Below are positions 1 through 8,169 of a stretch of 64,000 nt of DNA, piece after piece (position 1 is the stretch's first letter; each line of letters starts with the position of its first letter). Location: the IMG/VR virus record IMGVR_UViG_3300049979_000188, one strand, 5' to 3'. The position numbers and the translations under genes were made by a program. The stretch comes from a virus. The notes beneath the pieces are model-generated. The model ran no database searches. It saw only the letters and a program-made list of their open reading frames with translations, and had not been told where the DNA came from.

Positions 1-268
1 TTTCCGGTTGGTACAGCCTAGTTCTACGCCTCAAACCTACGCACCCTAAACTCTACAAAGTACTGGGCGGCTGCATTGTATGCTGTGGTTTCTGGCTCTC
101 GCTGGCGTGCTACTGCACTTACGTGCGCTACGTGCCTGTGCTGCATTCGATTCCGGTGCTGGTTATCTACCAGAGTTTGGTGGTGGGTAAGTTGGTTAAG
201 CGCGTGCGCAAAGCCCAGGCGCAGCAACTAAGCCAACCTGCCGAGCAGGAAGAATCCCTGCTGTTGGC

Positions 269-1087
269 TTAGGCGTAAATGCGTACCCAGTCCACCTCCA
301 GCCCCGCCGGATAGCAGGCCGGGTTAAGGCGCTGACCGGCGGCGTGGTCGTTGACCACGTTCGTACCCAGTAAAAGGTAGGCCGGCGCTTGGGGGACGTT
401 TTCAACTACTTCCTTAACCAGGCGGCCATCCACGTACCAGCGTAGGCGCTCGGCCCGCCAATCCAACTCCCAGGTGTGAAAGGCACGGGCGCTCCAGCCA
501 GGCAAGTAGACCTGGCTTTGCTGCTGGCTAGTAGTCCCGTAATTCCCGCCTGTCACTACGTCGCAACTAATGGTGTGCCCGCTGCCGGCCACGTTGCGAG
601 CAATGATTACTTCGGGTAGGACCCCTTCGCTTAAGAGCCACAGGACGCCTTCGCAGCCGGGGGCCTGTGGAAAGCGACACCGAACGCTTACGCGCCCAAA
701 CTGAAAGCGTAAGAGATTGCCCATGCTTAGCAGGGCCGAAGAAAAGGGGTATGTACGCGGTTCTCCTTCCGGGCCAACCCCACGGGTGGCTTCCTTGCGC
801 GCTTCCAGGCGCAGGACCGATGCGTCTTTACGTACGAGGTTCTGTCCGCGTGCGCTAAACCACTGCAGCGTATCAGGATTTAGTCGTCGCCGGCCCCAGT
901 AATACTGGTCCATCCACCGCAGTGGCTCAAAGCTACGGGTGAATTCCTCGGCAAACACGAGTCTGCCTTCCGGGGTACGCGGACTGGCCGCCCAGCCTAC
1001 GAGTTGACAAGCTACGTGGCGTAGCCAGTAAGCGGTATGCGTGAGCCTGGACGTAAGTTGCATAAGCGAGCGAACACTAGCAGGCAT
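269..1087 (-). CDS. GH16-like (laminarinase/concanavalin-fold) protein with degenerate catalytic motif
   Basis: FHTWELDW..RLRWYVDG, PAYLLLG and LEVDWVRIY are typical GH16 segments; the EIDIxE motif reads EVIIAR. Confidence 0.8.
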   Translation of the reverse strand: MPASVRSLMQLTSRLTHTAYWLRHVACQLVGWAASPRTPEGRLVFAEEFTRSFEPLRWMDQYYWGRRRLNPDTLQWFSARGQNLVRKDASVLRLEARKEATRGVGPEGEPRTYPFSSALLSMGNLLRFQFGRVSVRCRFPQAPGCEGVLWLLSEGVLPEVIIARNVAGSGHTISCDVVTGGNYGTTSQQQSQVYLPGWSARAFHTWELDWRAERLRWYVDGRLVKEVVENVPQAPAYLLLGTNVVNDHAAGQRLNPACYPAGLEVDWVRIYA

Positions 1088-1205
1088 GAGTGGGATAAAT
1101 GGTTACCTAAATAGGAAAGGGTAGTAAAAATATTTTTCCGTAAAGTTGGGGAAGTTTAGAGAAAATACATAGATTGGCTTAACCACCCAGGTTAACACTC
1201 CCCGC

Positions 1206-1787
1206 ATGACTACTTCCACCGCCCTGCCCCTGATTGATACGGCCCGCCGCCGGTTGGAAAATCAACTTTACCGCCAGGTCTATCCCCTCTTTGAGGACTA
1301 TTACTCGGCCAAGCTGCGCAAGCACACGCTGGCAAAAGAGCTGGCGCTCGAAGCGATGGGCAAGGTAATGACCAAGCTCGATGGCTATGACCAGACGCAG
1401 CCGCTGCAGAACTGGGCCATGCGCGTGGCTCGTAATCACTTGTTCGATTACTACCGCCAGCGCGCCTCTCACAAACATCAGTTTGTGCAGCCCCTGGGGG
1501 GCTTGCAGGTTGAGGACGAGCAGGACGGGCGCACCACGCGTTGGTTTGACGACTACGCCCAGACCGAGGCTGAGCAGGAATACCAGTTGCTCGAAGCCGA
1601 GCTGCTGCTTGAGCTACGCGAGTGGCCTGGCCAGGAAGGCGAGGTAGTCCGCCGGCATCTGCTACTAGGGGAAGAGGAGGCCTTTATTGCCCAGCACCTG
1701 ACCCTGAAAACCAAGCACGTGAAGCGTATTGTGTCGGAAGCCAAACAAAAAATTCGCACCCGCTTGCTGGCGGCCGTCTTAGATTAG
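1206..1787 (+). CDS. ECF-type RNA polymerase sigma factor
   Basis: Region-2-like KVMTKLDGYD..PLQNWAMRVARNHLFDYYR and a region-4 HTH (AFIAQHL..KTKHVKRIVSEAKQKIR); 193 aa. Confidence 0.8.
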   Translation: MTTSTALPLIDTARRRLENQLYRQVYPLFEDYYSAKLRKHTLAKELALEAMGKVMTKLDGYDQTQPLQNWAMRVARNHLFDYYRQRASHKHQFVQPLGGLQVEDEQDGRTTRWFDDYAQTEAEQEYQLLEAELLLELREWPGQEGEVVRRHLLLGEEEAFIAQHLTLKTKHVKRIVSEAKQKIRTRLLAAVLD

Positions 1788-1823
1788 CCCTGGTTTACGT
1801 ATTACCCTTAAATAACTTTTCAG

Positions 1824-2720
1824 ATGAGTATCCCCCCTGTTTCCGCCCCTGAGCAACTCGTTATCGGAGTTTGCCTCGACGGCGTTCTACGGGATGTAAG
1901 CGAGCCCTTCCTGCGGGCGTACGCTGAGCGCTTTGGCCCTGAGCCTACGGACGAGGCCCAAACCGTAAGCGTGCCGAAATGGACGCAGTCGGAAGATAAC
2001 CCGGATGTGTACCATGTTAAGGTCGAAACCGAGCAGCTGCCTGAAGGCGTAAAACCCATGGCGCCGCTGCGTATGGGCCAGCGCGGAGCTATGGTCGAAG
2101 TAGACCCAGCACGCGGGAGCACTGAGCAAGCTCTTCCTGATACGGGTCGTCTGGACGGTGTCATCAGCACGGAAGTGCGCCCGGTGCCGGAGCTCTCGGA
2201 AGTTAATCCGTTCAACCTGCTGCAAAAATTCACCTTCAAGGACCAGGAGGAAACCGACGATTTTGTCCAAGGTGACGGCTTTTTCATCTTTGGGCGGGCC
2301 CCACAGGCCGAGGGCGGGTTGCTTATCAGCATGACTCAGCTCTACTACGGGGTAAAGGCCCGGGGCGCCCGGCTCGTGCTGCTGGCCAACGACATACTGA
2401 AGCTGCGCCCGGCGGCGCTGTTTTTCATTGCTAATCTGGGGGCTTGCTTTGACGAGATACGCTTTGTGGAAAGTGCGCAGCAGTACTGGCAAGGCGTGGA
2501 CGTGCTGGTAACGGCCAGTGAGCGCCTGCTGGCGGCTCGTCCCGATGAGAAGCAAGTAGCGTTTCGCCTAACCGAGTACAACCAGCAAACCGGCCGCCAG
2601 GTGGCGGAAAAAAACCGTGAGGGTGCCCCCCTTACCCAACCAGTAACTTACGTGCGGGGCATTGCCCAGCTATTGGAGTATTTCCCTTCCCATCTCACCT
2701 CCTTCGATGAACAAGACTAG
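1824..2720 (+). CDS. HAD-superfamily 5'(3')-deoxyribonucleotidase-like protein
   Basis: N-terminal VIGVCLDGVLRD resembles the phage IDIDGVLRD HAD motif I; first Asp replaced by Cys. Confidence 0.55.
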   Translation: MSIPPVSAPEQLVIGVCLDGVLRDVSEPFLRAYAERFGPEPTDEAQTVSVPKWTQSEDNPDVYHVKVETEQLPEGVKPMAPLRMGQRGAMVEVDPARGSTEQALPDTGRLDGVISTEVRPVPELSEVNPFNLLQKFTFKDQEETDDFVQGDGFFIFGRAPQAEGGLLISMTQLYYGVKARGARLVLLANDILKLRPAALFFIANLGACFDEIRFVESAQQYWQGVDVLVTASERLLAARPDEKQVAFRLTEYNQQTGRQVAEKNREGAPLTQPVTYVRGIAQLLEYFPSHLTSFDEQD

Positions 2721-3834
2721 TGCCCCAGCAGTCGAGAAGCCAGTAGAGCTTCAAGGTAAAATTGACCGTCTGGCGGCGGCAAGTACGGCCGTGGCCGAGA
2801 AGAATTTTACCATCTTCTTTTATACCCCTGACGTTAAGCCTACGACTTCCGGGGCCATCATCGAGCTCTACCAGCTCGCCGCCACGTTCCGCCGCGCCGG
2901 CTACGACGCCGTGATGATAACGGAGGAAAAAGAATACGAAGTGCCCGTTTACCTGGACGAAGACCTGCAGGCCTTGCCCCATAAGGCCTCGATTGGGCTG
3001 ACGGTGAAGCCCGAGGACATGCTCATCATCCCCGAGTATTTCACCTCCGTTATCGCCAAGACCAGCAAAATGCCCTGCACGCGCGTTGTCCTGGTACAAG
3101 GTTATGATAACTCACTGGCCACCATGATTCCGGGTAACACCTGGAATAGTCTTGGCATCCGCCACGTGTGGACCATGAGCCAGCCGCTGAGTACGTTCGT
3201 ACGTGAGGTAATCGGGGGCAATTACGCCCTGCAAACCCTACGTATCGGCATTCCGGCCTATTTCAAGCCCGTGCCCGTCAAGGACCCCATTATTGCGGTC
3301 CAGGTACGTAACGCGCTGGATTTACAAAAAATCAGCAGCGAGTTTTACTTGCGTTACCCCGAGCTGCGCTGGGTGGGTTTTGAGCCGCTGACGGCGCTTG
3401 GGCGCACCCGTCGCGAGTACGCCCACCTGCTGGCTAAGGCCTCGGTAGTGCTCTGGGTGGACCGCATTGCGGCCTTCGGGCAGACGGCGGTAGAAGCCAT
3501 GGCCACGCAAACCCCGATGGTGGCTTTGCTACCTGACCACGACCCTGAGTATTACACGGACAGCAACGCTGTCTGGGTGGACCGCCTGCCGCACGTGGCC
3601 ACGCGTCTGGGTCAGCTTTTCAAGCTGCAACTCGAATCGGGCCTCCCTGAGTGGTTGACTCCGGCAATGGCGGAGACGGCGGCGGCTTATACGCCTGAGC
3701 GAGCCGAGCAAACCGCCCTTAGCGTGCTCGATAACACGCTCAAGCTTCGCACGGCCGAGCTCAGTGACCTGATTCTGCAATACAAGGGTAAACTCGATGC
3801 CCTTAACACCCCCACCCCTAAAACGGCCCGCTAA
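2707..3834 (+). CDS. GT-B fold glycosyltransferase (GT4-like)
   Basis: SGAIIELYQLA..F..AGY, PEDMLIIPE, and a C-terminal FGQTAVEAMATQTPMV donor-binding motif; start moved to the ATG at 2707. Confidence 0.75.
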   Translation: MNKTSAPAVEKPVELQGKIDRLAAASTAVAEKNFTIFFYTPDVKPTTSGAIIELYQLAATFRRAGYDAVMITEEKEYEVPVYLDEDLQALPHKASIGLTVKPEDMLIIPEYFTSVIAKTSKMPCTRVVLVQGYDNSLATMIPGNTWNSLGIRHVWTMSQPLSTFVREVIGGNYALQTLRIGIPAYFKPVPVKDPIIAVQVRNALDLQKISSEFYLRYPELRWVGFEPLTALGRTRREYAHLLAKASVVLWVDRIAAFGQTAVEAMATQTPMVALLPDHDPEYYTDSNAVWVDRLPHVATRLGQLFKLQLESGLPEWLTPAMAETAAAYTPERAEQTALSVLDNTLKLRTAELSDLILQYKGKLDALNTPTPKTAR

Positions 3835-3837
3835 GTA

Positions 3838-4653
3838 ATGAGCACGTTTCCCCTTACCGTTATCATCCCCGTTCACGCACTGGACGCGCAGACAACGCCC
3901 CTGCTAAAAGAGGCCCTTTCCAGCGTAGCGAACCAAAAAGAAGCGCAGGTTGAGCTTACCGTTGTTGTTATCCCAGGTGAGCAGCCCGAGTTGGAAGCTG
4001 CCGTCCAGGCCCTGGTAGCCGAGCAGCCTACGTCGACAAAGTTCGTGGTAGCCCTCAACGACGAAGCGCCCATTCGCGCCGATATTGCCTCGCAGCTCAA
4101 CGCTACGCTTCCCCACGTAACGAGCGAGTACGTAACGATTCTGGAGCTGGATGACCAGCTCGACGAACGCTACGTCTTCGAGATGGCCAAGCACACCCAG
4201 GCCATGCCGGAGGTCGACGGCTGGCTGCCGCTGGCCGTGTGCGTCGACGAGGACCTGCGCCTGCTCAAGTACGGCAACGAAGCCATCTGGGTTCCTAAAA
4301 CGGAAGAAGTTCGCCCTGACGGTACGGTGGATGCCGAAACGACGGAAGTAGCCCCGGATATGCTCCTGAGCGGCGCCATGCTCAAGACGAGCGTATACGC
4401 TGACGGCTACGGCCTTAAAGGCTCAATTACCCTCACGTTTATCAACGAATTCTTCCGGCGTATCGTGGCCCGCGGGGCTGTGCTGCGCGGCATGGGTAAA
4501 GTCCTTTACCTGCACCGCGAGCGCCGCCCCGGCTCCTACCTCTACGAGCTCATGGTAGGGGAAGCCGCCTTGACGCAGCAGGATTCGGCCTACTGGCTCG
4601 ACGTGGCCCGTAAGGAGTCTGCCTTTGAAGTGGAGCGTCCGCTAGCTCGCTAA
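3838..4653 (+). CDS. GT-A fold glycosyltransferase (GT2-like)
   Basis: LTVIIPVH...EALSSVANQ start and a YVTILELDDQL DxD-like motif. Confidence 0.75.
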   Translation: MSTFPLTVIIPVHALDAQTTPLLKEALSSVANQKEAQVELTVVVIPGEQPELEAAVQALVAEQPTSTKFVVALNDEAPIRADIASQLNATLPHVTSEYVTILELDDQLDERYVFEMAKHTQAMPEVDGWLPLAVCVDEDLRLLKYGNEAIWVPKTEEVRPDGTVDAETTEVAPDMLLSGAMLKTSVYADGYGLKGSITLTFINEFFRRIVARGAVLRGMGKVLYLHRERRPGSYLYELMVGEAALTQQDSAYWLDVARKESAFEVERPLAR

Positions 4654-4677
4654 CCCATTCACTGAACTCCAGACGCC

Positions 4678-5472
4678 GTGTCTACGTTTTCCTTACCCAA
4701 AAAGTACTTTACCGAACGGGAAGAAGAAGCCTTTGTGTACTTGATTGACCCCCAGACGGGGACCAAGGCACGTGAAGAAATCTTGCAACAAGTGCTCTAC
4801 CAGCCCTTGTTTCACCTTACGGAGACAGTAGCCTTGCGCTACTGTCCCTGCATAGGCATCCTGGGGGAAGACGAGCTCGTCGCCCAGGCGTACGAGAATG
4901 TCAACAAAAATCTCCACAAGTTTCGCCCCGGTAAGCTCGATAAAGCCGGTAAGAAACCTTTGCGGGCGTACTCTTACCTGAGCGCAGTTGTTAAAAACTT
5001 CTCCTTAGGCTACGGCAAAGACGCGGCCAAATACGACAAGCGCTACCCTTCCTTTGATGCCACGACTCAGGACTACCTCGAACAGGCCGAGACGACGGAG
5101 CTCGAACTTCATGGTGAGCAGCACCGCGAAGTAGCCCGTGACCAACGAATGCAGCGCGTACTACTGGCCATCAAGCGTGAGCTCGCCGAAGGGCGTAACC
5201 TACGTACCAACGAAGCGGCCGTGGGCCGTGCCTTGCTGGTCGTGCTTGAAGTGTCGGTCCATCAGCAGGAAGGCTGGGACGATGATGAGCGTATTACGCG
5301 GCATTACCTGCGTAAAATCTTGATTGCCGGGATTGCCAAGCAAACGGGCCTCAACAACAAGGAAATAAATGCTGGCTTCCGCCGCTTTATGCCCCTCTAC
5401 CTGGAGGTATGCGCCCGGGAGGAAACGGCCGACGGCGAGGAGGCCAATGAAGATGCCTGGAGTCCTTTTTAA
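4678..5472 (+). CDS. Phage sigma-factor-like protein (gp55/sigma70 region-2-like)
   Basis: ELVAQAYENV..NLHKFRP...RAYSYLSAVVKNF resembles region 2 of phage late sigma factors; GTG start. Confidence 0.55.
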   Translation: MSTFSLPKKYFTEREEEAFVYLIDPQTGTKAREEILQQVLYQPLFHLTETVALRYCPCIGILGEDELVAQAYENVNKNLHKFRPGKLDKAGKKPLRAYSYLSAVVKNFSLGYGKDAAKYDKRYPSFDATTQDYLEQAETTELELHGEQHREVARDQRMQRVLLAIKRELAEGRNLRTNEAAVGRALLVVLEVSVHQQEGWDDDERITRHYLRKILIAGIAKQTGLNNKEINAGFRRFMPLYLEVCAREETADGEEANEDAWSPF

Positions 5473-5493
5473 CCCATATTTTTTTTTCTACCC

Positions 5494-5655
5494 ATGAAAC
5501 TGCCTGTCAAACAAGTAAACGAGGCCGCTAAGGCGCACGCCAAGCTTCAGCTCGGCGAGGCTCAGTTTAGTACCAACAAAAACGCTGCCCGCGCCATTGG
5601 CGACGACTTCAAGGCTGGAGTCCGCTGGGCCCAAGAGGAGCTCGCCCAGGGCTAG
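5494..5655 (+). CDS. Small hypothetical protein (53 aa, not in the ORF track)
   Basis: Read manually: MKLPVKQVNEAAKAHAKLQLGEAQF...EELAQG*; fills the gap and follows a T-rich leader. Confidence 0.65.
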   Translation: MKLPVKQVNEAAKAHAKLQLGEAQFSTNKNAARAIGDDFKAGVRWAQEELAQG

Positions 5656-5663
5656 CTTCCCCC

Positions 5664-6116
5664 ATGAAACCGTTTGAATCGCGTCAGACGGCTACTACCC
5701 TTGACTTCCTGGCCCTGAGTGAAACAGGGCGCCTGGAGCGTTGTAAAGTACGCCTAACGGCGATAATAGGGTTTGGCATTGTCCATGAGCCCGTTATGAC
5801 GCGGCACGCTACTTTCACGCGCTGGCGTACCACAGGTTACTTACTCACCCGGCAGCGGCGCTACCGGGTGAGCGTACGGGTAGTTCGCAGCTGGCAGCGC
5901 GCGTGGCGTTGGCAGCTGCGAAGCAAGGAGTTGCGGGTGGCCTTACGACGTGATGGCCAGGGTTCGGCCCACCGGGCGGTAGATTGGCATTACCTGGTGC
6001 TGGGTTACGTCCGTCGCGGAAGTCTGTGGCCCCGACGGCAGCGTCCAACACAAGTGGCGTCGGGGAGCGTGCGCGTGGTTGAGGACAAAAACAGCATAGT
6101 GGGTAACGAGAAGTGA
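5664..6116 (+). CDS. Hypothetical basic protein
   Basis: 150-aa ORF, co-oriented and filling the gap. Confidence 0.55.
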   Translation: MKPFESRQTATTLDFLALSETGRLERCKVRLTAIIGFGIVHEPVMTRHATFTRWRTTGYLLTRQRRYRVSVRVVRSWQRAWRWQLRSKELRVALRRDGQGSAHRAVDWHYLVLGYVRRGSLWPRRQRPTQVASGSVRVVEDKNSIVGNEK

Positions 6117-6130
6117 AAGGGGGACGTATA
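6103..6130 (+). promoter_or_regulatory. ECF-type promoter motif GTAAC-N17-CGTATA, overlapping a host-type TATATTTG box (6127-6134)
   Basis: Read directly; ATG follows at 6164. Confidence 0.6.
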
Positions 6131-6163
6131 TTTGCTTACCTTAACTTAATTCACTTCTCTGCC

Positions 6164-6439
6164 ATGCCTTCCACCACAAGTAGCTTACCTCGCCCTGAGG
6201 CTTTTTTTCACTATGCGTCTATGGTGGAGACACTGTTTGAAAAGGACCCGGTTGCCATGGGCTTGGCCGTTAAAATGCCTGTCGCTTCGCTGCGCGCCTA
6301 TATCCGAAGTTACCACCGCGACCATGTAATTGCCGGCTCAGACGAAGCCTCAGCCGGCGTCCGAGAAACGTACCTGCGTAACCTGGAACACAACGTTGTC
6401 TTGGCCGCCGCTCCGGGCTATAATTTTAGCCTTAACTAA
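6164..6439 (+). CDS. Hypothetical protein
   Basis: ATG at 6164 downstream of the promoter motif; followed by a terminator. Confidence 0.7.
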   Translation: MPSTTSSLPRPEAFFHYASMVETLFEKDPVAMGLAVKMPVASLRAYIRSYHRDHVIAGSDEASAGVRETYLRNLEHNVVLAAAPGYNFSLN

Positions 6440-6478
6440 AAAAAAAGCCACTCCTACCGGTAGGAGTGGCTTTTTTTT
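6438..6478. terminator. Bidirectional intrinsic terminator
   Basis: A-tract GCCACTCCTA-CCGG-TAGGAGTGGC T-tract between convergent genes. Confidence 0.9.
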
Positions 6479-8153
6479 AGGCGGCAGAAGCGACGTACTT
6501 CTTAAAGGGATTCGGCTGACTTTCCCGCAGGCTTTGCAGGGCCTCCTCCGTCAGGCTCGGGTCCGGTTCAAAGCCAGGCTCTGGCGTGGGTTCGTCAACT
6601 GGCAGCGGGGACTCCTCAAATACGGGTACCTGACCCCATTCCCCCTCGTCGAGTTTGCCCCAGCCTTCGGTGAGTACAGCCGGCACCATTTGCCGCGTTT
6701 CCAGTGCCTGGTCCACTGCGTCGTAAAAGCTATTGCCTTTGCTGACGGGAATACCTAACCCCTGAGCGGCTCGTACGTACTGGCCATGGGCCTGTTGGTG
6801 GAAGGTACGTAGCAGTGCGCGGTGCTCTTTGCGCAGGGCATAGCGCTGCTGCTGAATCTGGGCCACGTTTTCTTTGAAGCGGGCCATTTTGTCGGTAAAC
6901 TGCTCCTCGGCTTTGGTACGCTGCTGGGCCAGGCTGCGCAGCTCGCCGCTGGCTGCGCCTATTGAGTAGTCGTTTTGCAGTTTTTCCACCCCTTGCTGCA
7001 CGGCGGTGCGGGCCGTCTGAAACGCGTCAGTTGCGCGGTTGCCTAACTCAGCCGCTTTTTGCTGAACGCCCGTACGGGCTGACTGAACCGCACTGGCCGC
7101 CCGCGAGCCCAATTGGCCGGCTGCTTGCTGTACCGTACTACCGGGGGCGAACAAGCCTTTGATACCGGTTATGATGCCTTCGGCCAGCAGGGCCTGGCTC
7201 ACCTCTTCGTAGACCTGGGCTTCGGTGAGTACGCCGCTGCGTATGTCCGCTTGGTGCTCGCTGCAGTAGCGGGCAATGCTACGCTGCAGGGCCTCTTCGT
7301 TGAGTTGCATGGTTTGTTTGTTATACGTGTTGCCCGGCAGGGCAAACTGGTTATGGTATTGCTGAAAGTTCGCTTTAACCCAATCGGCGCATTGGCCAAT
7401 GCTACCAGAAAAGAGCGCTTTGCGGGTAACCTTGCTCATCACGCTCCAGCTGTGGTCATTCCACATCTTGAGGTGGACGATGCCCTGGGGGTTTACCTGA
7501 TTGCCCTGGAAAATAATTTGCGTCTCCTCATCGGCGTGATGGTAGACTTGCACGCCACTGTTTTGGAACATGACGGCCCCGTTCCCGTAGCGCTCGGTAC
7601 TGGCCGCTTCGAGCATGTCTTGTGAGCCGGCCAGGAAAGCAAAGTTATAGCCCGCGCCTTGTTTTTCAGGAGCCTCTTCCGGGAAATGCATGGTCAACCC
7701 AAGCCGGCGTGGGTCCGAAAAACCTTTTCGGAACCCCTGCACGGCGATGGCTTCGGCCTGGTAGCTGAAGTGCACTAGCCACGTAGTGCGGGGCAGTAGT
7801 TGCTCACGCTCTGCCTTTACGTGCGTGCCCGTCGGGGCTAGATGAGCACCCTGACCGTCGAGGTAGACGGCCAGGTCTTCTTCATAGCCAGTAGTAATCC
7901 AGTCGGGTAGCTTCCGGTAGTGGGTATCTGCTTCGAGGCCACGCAGTAGCTGGCCATCCTCGTCATCCTCGTTCTTAATACCCCACGCGGCCAGCGCGGC
8001 CGTTCTGGCCACTGGGTGGTCTTCGAGCCAGTCGCAGAAGTTTGACCAGTAATCAGCCGGGTCAAACGTAGTCCCATCCCAGCCAGGCTTAAGCAGGTTT
8101 TGCACCTGCTGGTTAGCGCGCGAGTATAATTCGTGGAGTGAAGTGATAGCCAT
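6477..8153 (-). CDS. Large hypothetical protein, possible internal virion protein
   Basis: 558-aa ORF with multiple L-x-E motifs, an internal 22-aa repeat and a coiled coil. Confidence 0.75.
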   Translation of the reverse strand: MAITSLHELYSRANQQVQNLLKPGWDGTTFDPADYWSNFCDWLEDHPVARTAALAAWGIKNEDDEDGQLLRGLEADTHYRKLPDWITTGYEEDLAVYLDGQGAHLAPTGTHVKAEREQLLPRTTWLVHFSYQAEAIAVQGFRKGFSDPRRLGLTMHFPEEAPEKQGAGYNFAFLAGSQDMLEAASTERYGNGAVMFQNSGVQVYHHADEETQIIFQGNQVNPQGIVHLKMWNDHSWSVMSKVTRKALFSGSIGQCADWVKANFQQYHNQFALPGNTYNKQTMQLNEEALQRSIARYCSEHQADIRSGVLTEAQVYEEVSQALLAEGIITGIKGLFAPGSTVQQAAGQLGSRAASAVQSARTGVQQKAAELGNRATDAFQTARTAVQQGVEKLQNDYSIGAASGELRSLAQQRTKAEEQFTDKMARFKENVAQIQQQRYALRKEHRALLRTFHQQAHGQYVRAAQGLGIPVSKGNSFYDAVDQALETRQMVPAVLTEGWGKLDEGEWGQVPVFEESPLPVDEPTPEPGFEPDPSLTEEALQSLRESQPNPFKKYVASAA

Positions 8154-8169
8154 GTTCCCTAAATAGGGC

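Noticed and set aside
24-272. 67-aa minus-strand ORF and inverted repeat at 228-272
   Set aside because: TTG start directly after an in-frame stop, no recognisable motifs, and window-edge context is missing. The hairpin may be the GH16 terminator but has no U-tract.
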